Shown piece after piece: positions 18,392 to 26,500 of a DNA stretch of 64,000 bases (its first letter is position 1; each line of letters begins with the position of its first letter). A program made the position numbers and the translations under genes. The stretch is from positions 160,001 to 224,000 of the forward strand of contig JAPLVR010000003.1 in the NCBI GenBank assembly GCA_026397015.1, given 5' to 3'. The notes beneath the pieces were generated by a model. The model made no database searches and was not told the origin of the DNA. It saw nothing but the letters and a program-made list of their open reading frames with translations. Source of the DNA: Candidatus Iainarchaeum sp. GTDB lineage: Archaea; Iainarchaeota; Iainarchaeia; Iainarchaeales; JAAZKV01.

Positions 18392-19123
18392 ATGAAAAGT
18401 GGAAAAAAGAAGAAGGGAAAAAAACTTTCGGCCGAAGGGTTTGAGCCAAAAGGAATAAGAAAAGTTTTCAGTGAAAGACCGGGCTTGGCGGTTGCCGCAG
18501 CGATTTCTGCGGTAGTTATTGTTCTGTTCATAGCTTTGCTGATTTCGAACCCGCTTGCAAGCAGGGAGGAACTAGCCTATGCCGGCGCCGTTTTTGAAGA
18601 GAACCAAGCGACAATTAGCGACTATTTAACCCAAATCGACGAAGAACTAAAAACAGATTACACAAACACTCTTGACGACGATTACCTTTATTCGTTAAAA
18701 GCGGATCTTGAATGGCTAAAACAAAAGGAAATTAGTGCACACAGTTCGCCGCAAAAAAAAGAGGTTTACCTGAAAGAAATTGCCTTCAGCGCTTTGCTCG
18801 AAATGATAATGCAGGTAAATCAGAACATAGCAATTGACATTGGAAACCCGGATTATGATTCGATCATTTCTCTCGCACTGTCAACAGATACAAATTCAAT
18901 TGAATTGTTTTTGGCAGAGGATTTTAATGACTCAATAAATCCGAAAGAATACGCAATTAAAACAAACGAAATATTAAATCAGCTTCTGAAAGAATATGTT
19001 GCCGAAAAGAAGGTTTTAATCGGGAGTGACGCCTCGATTGAGAGAAGATACGTGGAAGCAAAAAAAATAATCCAAATAGGCTACATTAATTTTGATTATT
19101 CGGAATATTCGGAGTTCGAATAA
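18392..19123 (+). CDS. Single-pass membrane hypothetical protein
   Basis: Basic N-terminus, TM helix, acidic ectodomain. Confidence 0.65.
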   Translation: MKSGKKKKGKKLSAEGFEPKGIRKVFSERPGLAVAAAISAVVIVLFIALLISNPLASREELAYAGAVFEENQATISDYLTQIDEELKTDYTNTLDDDYLYSLKADLEWLKQKEISAHSSPQKKEVYLKEIAFSALLEMIMQVNQNIAIDIGNPDYDSIISLALSTDTNSIELFLAEDFNDSINPKEYAIKTNEILNQLLKEYVAEKKVLIGSDASIERRYVEAKKIIQIGYINFDYSEYSEFE

Positions 19124-19755
19124 GCCAATATTGCATTTAAATCGCTTATTGATATTTCTCCAACCGCCTCTTCATTTAAGAAAAGCCTTCCATTTTTTGG
19201 AGGCGTTTTCCACACGCCCTCGAACCCGTTCTTGTCTATTTTTTTGAAATATTTTTGCACGGTTCTGAACTGTTTCCTGTTTTCTTTCAGGTTTTTGCAG
19301 CCGGCTTCCCCAAGCCTGTAAAGCCCGCAAAAGGGATAACTTTCCCTATATCCCGGAAGAACAATGAATGGAAAAAGTTTGCACACTTCCGGCCTGGCGG
19401 AATAAATTTTGCAGCTGTTGCCCCTCAAAAGAAACGAGCACCTTTTCCCGTTTCTTTTCAATGCAATCTGCGGGAGAACGAAAAAACTCTGCGGGGAAAA
19501 ACCCAATTTTTTCTCAATCGATTTGTAAATTTTTTTCGGAAAAAAAGTTGAAGGGCACGTAAGAAGGCCCGGCACGGTTTTTGGAAAAACCTTCACCGAC
19601 AAAACACAGTTTTTTTCCAAAAAATCATTTTCAGAAACCTTGAGAAATTTGGAAATTCTTTTTGATTCTTCGGGAAGGATTGTTATCCAATAGCGCCTGC
19701 AGCACTCGCCGCACGCGAGGCAGATTCGGCTTTTTTTCTTTTTGTCCAGTTTCAT
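19096..19755 (-). CDS. YkgJ/CxxCxxCC family Fe-S protein
   Basis: CLACGECC...CSFL...CKIY..RPEVCKLFPF. Confidence 0.85.
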   Translation of the reverse strand: MKLDKKKKSRICLACGECCRRYWITILPEESKRISKFLKVSENDFLEKNCVLSVKVFPKTVPGLLTCPSTFFPKKIYKSIEKKLGFSPQSFFVLPQIALKRNGKRCSFLLRGNSCKIYSARPEVCKLFPFIVLPGYRESYPFCGLYRLGEAGCKNLKENRKQFRTVQKYFKKIDKNGFEGVWKTPPKNGRLFLNEEAVGEISISDLNAILAYSNSEYSE

Positions 19756-19874
19756 TGAAAAATCTCTGCTGAGAAGATTTTAAAAAGCAAAAGACAGTAC
19801 TGCCGATGCGAGAAAAATTCCCTTAATTGCAAATATTTATTAAGGACTTAAATCAACCTTTTAATGCAATTTTT

Positions 19875-20387
19875 ATGGTTGACAAGGAAAATGTCGTTCC
19901 AACGATAAAGCAATATCCGTTGGAGAGAGTAAAGATACTGAAAAAGTTTATCGCGAGCGAAATAGGCTATTTGATATGGGGAATCATATTTGCCGGATTA
20001 ACCGTCCTTTTGTCGCTCGCGCCAATAATCTCGGGAATTTCTACAATATTGATTATGTCAATCGTTGTTTTGTTTTTGCTGATAACGGCTATCAACTGGT
20101 GGTATCAAACGAAATATTATGAGACCTATTACTATGACATTAGGCAAAATTTTCTGGTCATAAAAAAAGGAGTTTTTATGCCGAGAGAAACCACCCTCCC
20201 ATTTGAGAAGCTGCAGGATGTTTATGTTGATCAAGACATTTTTGACAGAATCTTCAATCTGTGGGACCTGCACGTTTCAACCGCAACAATCATGTCAGGA
20301 ATGGAAGCGCACATTGACGGCGTAAATATTGGGAACGCCAACGTCATGCGCGAAATTCTGCTCGGAAAAATAAAAGAAACAAAATAG
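19875..20387 (+). CDS. Membrane protein with bacterial PH domain (YdbS-like)
   Basis: Two TM helices plus IKKGVF...LPFEKLQDVYVDQ...FNL. Confidence 0.75.
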   Translation: MVDKENVVPTIKQYPLERVKILKKFIASEIGYLIWGIIFAGLTVLLSLAPIISGISTILIMSIVVLFLLITAINWWYQTKYYETYYYDIRQNFLVIKKGVFMPRETTLPFEKLQDVYVDQDIFDRIFNLWDLHVSTATIMSGMEAHIDGVNIGNANVMREILLGKIKETK

Positions 20388-20395
20388 GTTTTTTT

Positions 20396-21880
20396 ATGAC
20401 AATTGAAAACAGGGTTTTCCAGCCGAGCATGCTTAGCATTATTCCCGCGTTGGGCTTTGTCCTTTTTTTTCTTTTTATTTGGCTTTTCGGGCTGTTGATC
20501 TTTACCCCGCTCCTTTTTCTGCTCGTTTTTTTTGGCGCAGTAATCTTAATCGGCGGGATAGTTTATTTGAAAGTGAAAAACACATATATAGAAATAAAGG
20601 AGGACGGCATTCAGGTGAGAAAGGGAATTATTGCAAAATCACAATCCCTTTTCCTGTTCTCTAACATACAGGATGTCGATGAATCGCAGGGGCTTCTTGA
20701 AATTATTTTTGGACTGAAAACGCTTAGCATAAAAACGATGACTGCCGGTTCAATTCTTGGCGGAAACGTTTCGGGCCTAAGGCAGGACGATGCAAAGTTC
20801 ATAAGAGAATTTGTTCTGAATAGGATAAATGAGGATTCTTTGAAAAAATTAAAAAAGGAGAGCCCAAAAGTGTTTGAAAAAGCCGCAGCTGGTTCCGAAG
20901 CGGATGAAGAACTTGTCCTCAACCCGTGGCCTGTTCATTTCTTCAAGGCGACAGCGATACCTTACTTGTTTGCCATCATTTTCACAATCGTATGGTTTAC
21001 AGCAGGACTTTTTTTTCAGCCGCTAATGACACTTTTCTTTTATTTTATAATATACATCCTGTTTTTCATAGTAATTTCCCCAATCAGCCTCCTTATCAGA
21101 ACAATTTCCTTCAAGTACAAGCTTGGAAAAACAAGGATTGAAATAATTTCAGAATTTTTGTCATTTTACAGAAGCACCGTTCCGTTCTATAAAGTACAGG
21201 ACATAATCTTGAACAGAAGTCTTTTCGATAAAATTGTCGGCCTTGGCAACATAAGAATCGAAGCGGGTGAAATGACTGTTTATACAAAACAGGGGGGTTC
21301 AAATGTTTCCTTCAATATTATTCCTGCACTCGATTTCGGCAATGCGCTTAAGCTTAAAGATAAAATATTTGATTTTTTGTCGGTAAATTTGACTGAACTT
21401 GTGCCGGAAATCTCAAAACGATTTCCTCTTGAAAAAAGAAAAATTTTGAAAAAAACTATTGTAAGGTCCCTCTGGCTCGTGATTATCGCTGCAATTATCA
21501 TTGCATTAATAAGTGTCAGCCCTTACTTTGCTGTTTTCGCAGGCTTGATTGTTATGGCACTGATTTTACTCATTTTGATAATACTCATCCACCAGTGGCT
21601 GTACCTGAAAGGTTATTACTACAATGTCTCAATCGACGCAGTATTCATCAGAAAGGGCGTAATAAATTCAAACGAAATAATACTCCCTTTCAAGATGATT
21701 CAAAATGTATTTGTAGATCAGGATATTCTTGACAGGTTGTTCGGGCTTTATGACGTGCATATTTCAACCGTAACGAACACTTCTGCATTTTTATCCCATA
21801 TTGACGGCGTGAACAAAGAAAACGCGGAAAAAGTGAGGGACATCATTTCAAGATGTATGACTGAACAAAAAAACAAATAG
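20396..21880 (+). CDS. Membrane protein with three bPH_2 domains (YdbT-like)
   Basis: Three repeats of 2 TM + PH (IQDV, VQDI, IQNV). Confidence 0.75.
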   Translation: MTIENRVFQPSMLSIIPALGFVLFFLFIWLFGLLIFTPLLFLLVFFGAVILIGGIVYLKVKNTYIEIKEDGIQVRKGIIAKSQSLFLFSNIQDVDESQGLLEIIFGLKTLSIKTMTAGSILGGNVSGLRQDDAKFIREFVLNRINEDSLKKLKKESPKVFEKAAAGSEADEELVLNPWPVHFFKATAIPYLFAIIFTIVWFTAGLFFQPLMTLFFYFIIYILFFIVISPISLLIRTISFKYKLGKTRIEIISEFLSFYRSTVPFYKVQDIILNRSLFDKIVGLGNIRIEAGEMTVYTKQGGSNVSFNIIPALDFGNALKLKDKIFDFLSVNLTELVPEISKRFPLEKRKILKKTIVRSLWLVIIAAIIIALISVSPYFAVFAGLIVMALILLILIILIHQWLYLKGYYYNVSIDAVFIRKGVINSNEIILPFKMIQNVFVDQDILDRLFGLYDVHISTVTNTSAFLSHIDGVNKENAEKVRDIISRCMTEQKNK

Positions 21881-21969
21881 ACCATAAAAAGCTGACTAAG
21901 AAAATCTGCAAATGTAAAGTTTTAAAAAGTAATTAAGGCTCAATCTATTTAGATCCGAAAGGAATTGGA

Positions 21970-22737
21970 TTAATGTGTTTGCCAGAGTAGCTCAACGGTA
22001 GAGCTGCACTCTTGTAAAGTGCGGGTTGGGGGTTCAAATCCCTCCTCTGGCTCTAAAATGTGCTTAACCTTTCTAAGATGCTTTTCATTGGAAAAACCAA
22101 TTAATTCAACCCATTTCTTTATCTGCCCGTTGCCATAAATCACAATGTCATATCTGTCGTTCCAATCGGTTTTTGACTTGGAACAATAAATCGAAAAATC
22201 TGCCGAAAGGATCTCTTTTAATTGTGAAAATAAAGGCTTGCTGTATGTTACCAAATGTATTCTTCCGTATGGTTTTCTGTAAATATTTCTTTCGTCAATG
22301 TAAACGCATCCATCCGTATCGGCTATTCCTCTTATTGCTGCATAAATAAAACTTTTTTTAGAAACCAATATTTCTTCAGGTATTTTAACGGTTAGCGTTT
22401 TTTCTCCCGGGACAAATTCAAACCTTTCGGTCAGCAAAGAAAATGCGAACTTTGAATAAATATTTAGAATTATTGCATTTGAATCTTTTCTGAAACTTGG
22501 GTTGGCGGTTGCGCCAAAGAGTTTCCTAGCAAGTGGGGCAAGCCTGTTTACTAAATAATCCTTATCAAGATTAGCATCACCTGTGACGCTTATGTGATAG
22601 TTTGGCTTGCCGCTTTGTTTAGTGTAACCGCTGACGCATCCATCCCCAATAACCGCGCCAATAAATTCGCACAACTCTTCTGTCAATGGAAACTCATCAA
22701 CGGGCGTTTTTCCAAAATGATGCCCAGAAAATTCCAT
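21970..22737 (-). CDS. Free-standing double-motif LAGLIDADG endonuclease
   Basis: FIGAVIGDGC and IRGIADTDGC motifs, IGFSN; the C-terminus reads antisense through tRNA-Thr. Confidence 0.85.
   Translation of the reverse strand: MEFSGHHFGKTPVDEFPLTEELCEFIGAVIGDGCVSGYTKQSGKPNYHISVTGDANLDKDYLVNRLAPLARKLFGATANPSFRKDSNAIILNIYSKFAFSLLTERFEFVPGEKTLTVKIPEEILVSKKSFIYAAIRGIADTDGCVYIDERNIYRKPYGRIHLVTYSKPLFSQLKEILSADFSIYCSKSKTDWNDRYDIVIYGNGQIKKWVELIGFSNEKHLRKVKHILEPEEGFEPPTRTLQECSSTVELLWQTH
21981..22052 (+). tRNA. tRNA-Thr(TGT)
   Basis: Acceptor GCCAGAG/CTCTGGC; anticodon arm GCACT-CT-TGT-AA-AGTGC. Confidence 0.95.
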
Positions 22738-22784
22738 GCAATAAATTTATATTATTCGTCGGTTCTTAATGATTACGAGGCTTC

Positions 22785-22819
22785 CGTGCCGGTCGGGGGT
22801 TCGAATCCCTCCCGAGGCT
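22785..22819 (+). tRNA. Orphan tRNA 3' half (Thr-like); split-tRNA half or pseudogene fragment
   Basis: CGTGC-CGGTC-GGGGG-TTCGAAT-CCCTC-CCGAGGC-T followed by a T-run; no matching 5' half found in the window. Confidence 0.6.
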
Positions 22820-22832
22820 TTTTGTGATTTCG

Positions 22833-23177
22833 ATGCCGTTTAAAAGAAAAATCCCCGCGATAAATCAGGGGCAAGAAAAAATTTGGGAACTTAATTTTGC
22901 AAGCGGAAAAGGCGCGCAGGGGATTGCTTACGCTGAAATAAAAGAAAGCAATTCCCACTACCACAAAAAAATCACAGAACACTACTTCATATCGGGCGGC
23001 AGCGGAACAATAACAATAGACGGCAACATTGCGAAGGTTGGAAAAGGAGATTTAATTACAATAAAGCCAAACCAAGTTCATTCTGCAAAGGGCGGCTTTT
23101 TAGAGAAATTGGAAGTAGTTGTAATAAGCAGTCCCGCGTGGAAAAAGGAAGACCATTTTGTGGCCAAAAAAGGCTAG
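22833..23177 (+). CDS. Cupin domain protein
   Basis: HYHKKITEHY and PNQVH motifs. Confidence 0.85.
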   Translation: MPFKRKIPAINQGQEKIWELNFASGKGAQGIAYAEIKESNSHYHKKITEHYFISGGSGTITIDGNIAKVGKGDLITIKPNQVHSAKGGFLEKLEVVVISSPAWKKEDHFVAKKG

Positions 23178-23246
23178 AAAAAGTCGGCAAATTTTCAACC
23201 AAAAGAAAGCCTTTTATACTTCTGCAAGGGAATTATTTAGGTTCTT

Positions 23247-23441
23247 ATGGCTGAGAAAAGAGAGTCGAGGGAAATTCTTATAGGAATGGCTTCGCTGCTG
23301 GCCGGAAGCTATTTTGTGCTTTCCGGAATGGAAGTCATAGATATTCCATTCAGAATTTTTGAACAGGGGCTGAGCATTTTGCTTTCCGTTCTTTTGGTCG
23401 GGATAGGAGTTTACCTGCTTACAAAAAACACAAACAAATAG
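23247..23441 (+). CDS. Small two-TM membrane protein
   Basis: Two hydrophobic segments; TATA-like TTTATA upstream. Confidence 0.6.
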   Translation: MAEKRESREILIGMASLLAGSYFVLSGMEVIDIPFRIFEQGLSILLSVLLVGIGVYLLTKNTNK

Positions 23442-23517
23442 GCTCTGAAGGGAATTTTTTTATAAAAACCATTCGGGCAAAATTTCTTTTTCGCCAAACC
23501 CTATTTTTCTTCGAAAA

Positions 23518-26500
23518 TTATTTTATGCAGCCGGCTGAGAGCGAATCTTCCCTTGAGGAGAGGCTGTGCCCGTTGGAGGCATCAGCAGTTGAAAGGCTTC
23601 CTTCGTTCCAGAACAGCATTGCGCGGTTGCCCATATTCGAAATGCAGACATCGCCCTGTTTAACTGCATCGAACAAATCTTCAAGGCTAAAAATGCGGGA
23701 ATTGTTTGTCTCGTCGTTGAAAACCATTCCGCCAATTCCCTTAAGCGGAGCGGAATTTGCGTTGCTTCCCTGAAGAGTATGAAGCGAGGTTCCCTGAATC
23801 GGCTGAATCGAATATGATTCAGAAACTGGGGAATAAATGATTGTCTTGAAATAAATGTCGCCGCCCTGAACAGCCTCATCAAATTTGAGCCCGTAATATC
23901 CTCCAAACTTGGAATCCGGATAAAGGAAATAATTCTTTGCTGCGGAAGTTCCTGAAAAGTCCCTGCATTTTCCATTGCCGATTCCGGTTAAAAGCAAAAA
24001 GCCGGGGCTTGTTGAATTAATGTCTTTTGAGTCGCGCATGGGCTTGTAAAGCAGCTGCGCCTTTTCTCCCGAATTTGCGTGCGTTGAAACTATCAGCGGC
24101 GTTGCAAAAGAGGGTGCAAATGTTATGTATGAATTCGCATCGGTGCCGCCCTTCGGGTTGTACGCATACTTGTAATCAAAAAGCTTTCCTCTCATCGAAT
24201 TTAGGCTGTTTATTTCGAAAAGGCTTTTCGCGTTGCGGTAAGGAATATTCAAAAGGGCTGTTGAGCCTGATTCAATTATGCTTCCCTTATTGTCAACATT
24301 GAAATAATCGTCATTCCCGCCGGAAATTCCGAATCCGTAGCCGTCGCGCTTTGAAACGCCGCCAACAACTACAATTCCGTTTTTATCCGTTCCCGGAGAA
24401 TTTTGGTCCGCGACACCCGGCGAATTTGCGTCATAAACATTTCCATCCTCTGGGATAACATCTGTGGAACTTTCCATTCCTACTGCACCGTCAAAAGGGG
24501 AATAATAGAAGACGCTAAAAGAATCGTTGATTGGCTTTACAGGATAGAGTTGGAAAATTATTTTTGCGCTTGGCGCTCCTGAAGAAAAGAGCCCAGTGTC
24601 TTTCAAATCGGCAAGCAGTCTCACACTGTATTCTCCCGCATCGGGAACAACAAATCTGTCCGAAGCAGAGAAACCCGCGGCTTCTGAACTGTAATAACAA
24701 TTTGCACCCCTAAAATATTTTGCCATCCCCTTGTCGGAATCCGTAAATGAGGGGTGCGAAAGCAGTATTTTTGTAGTGTATTCTTTCGTGAAATCCTGCT
24801 GGAATTTTGTCCCGAAACCATCCTTCATCAATTTGACGTTGAAATTCAAAATCTTTTCAAATTCGTCTGCATTGCCTGAAACGAAATAATACAGCGCGGG
24901 CTTGCCGTCGTACAAGCGGGTGGTAAGAGGGAGGTAACACTTCGGCAAATCTTTTGGTAAGTATTCACTCGGCTTTACGATTTGCAGCACTTCAAGAGAA
25001 GGATTTGGCGGACAGGAAGCGGAAATGCTTTTCAGCGCCTCATCAAATGCGGTAAGTTTTTTGCTCAAAACAATTGACATTTGGGCGGCGTCCAAATACT
25101 TTGAATCATCAAACCCATCCCATTTCCACGAGAGATTTATATTCGGGAGGGCGTCCTTTCCTTCCGCGCCCCTAGTTAAACCGTTTGAACAGCTGCCAAG
25201 TTTCAATCCTGTTGCGGCTTCAACCCTTGGCGCAGCATTAAATTTGAAATGGAATTTTTTTGAAACGGTTTCGGTCGAGGCATCCGGAATATTGAAAGGG
25301 CCGAAAGGCTGGCCGTCAATTTTCACAATTTCGCCGCCTTCTTCATTACCGCTGCTTTTTGGTTTCTCTTTCACAGTAGTTACGGTAAGTCCTGAATCAT
25401 CGCCTTCTGTTGAAGAAGAAGTGCTTGAATCTGCGCCGTTTCCATCAGTGCTTTCTGCCAGCGGACCGTGAATGTGCTTCGTTGCATTCAAAGTAACTGT
25501 CCCGTAACCGTTTTTCACCAAACCATTATTTGAGAAAATTACGCCGACTTCCTGCTTCTCAAAAACATCAAACATTTTCGCATCGCTGAAACTCCAAGTC
25601 GCGCCGACGCCCTCATTTGAAACCCCTATCGGCTTGCCGTCCTTCACCAAATTAATTACGTAATCAGTTAAACCCAAATCAATTCTGTTGGCGCAATCCT
25701 GAGTAAAAGACTTGTTTAATCCTTCTGTGAAATTGGCCGCCTCATCCTCTGCGCTTGTTGAATCACTGCTGCCGGAATCGCCCGCAAGCAAAATTTTATT
25801 TGAATTAAATTTATTAGTTTGGGAAGAGGTGCCTATGTTGCCGGTATTCAAGCCTGTGCCCGTTCCGGTTAAAGCCGTTCCGGTGTCCGCGGTCGTGTAA
25901 ACGCCGCCTTCATATGCGCCTGCGATGTAGCCGTGCGAAACTGCGGAAGCGATTAAACCAGCCAATCTTTTTTTGTTGTAAGAAGAATCCGCGAAGTTGG
26001 CGCTGGAATAAGTTGCAGCATCACTTGAAGCTTTTTCATCATTTGAAAGCTCGCCCGCCGCAATTATTGCCGCATCAAGAGAATCAATTGCTTTTTGCTG
26101 CACATCAATCACATCTCCATAAGTTGAAATCGTTGATTCATACGCCGATTTGGCGCCGTCAATGTCTGCGCCGGTATCTTTCATCATATTTAAAAATACT
26201 GCAAATACGTCTCCTGCTGTAACAAGAATATCCAAGGTGCTTGTCACCATTTCAAGTGTTAAGCCACTGCTAATCGAAGCAAGTTTCGTCCTTAAAGCAG
26301 GATCAGAACCACCAACACCTGTGATTAAAAGACACTTCGCATATGCCGCCGCACACTTTTCGTCGCCGCTGCACTTTAAACATTCTGTCGCAATAACAGT
26401 AATTCCTCCGGTTCCGGTAGCCACTACCATTTCTGCTTGGGCACTCCCAATAGCGGTATGTGCAGTGTAAAGTTCAGACAATCTCGCCACATACAACACC

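Noticed and set aside
21970-22737. LAGLIDADG as an intein or intron-encoded ORF of tRNA-Thr(TGT)
   Set aside because: There are no intein splicing motifs or host gene; tRNA-Thr is complete, and the downstream half cannot pair with its acceptor strand.
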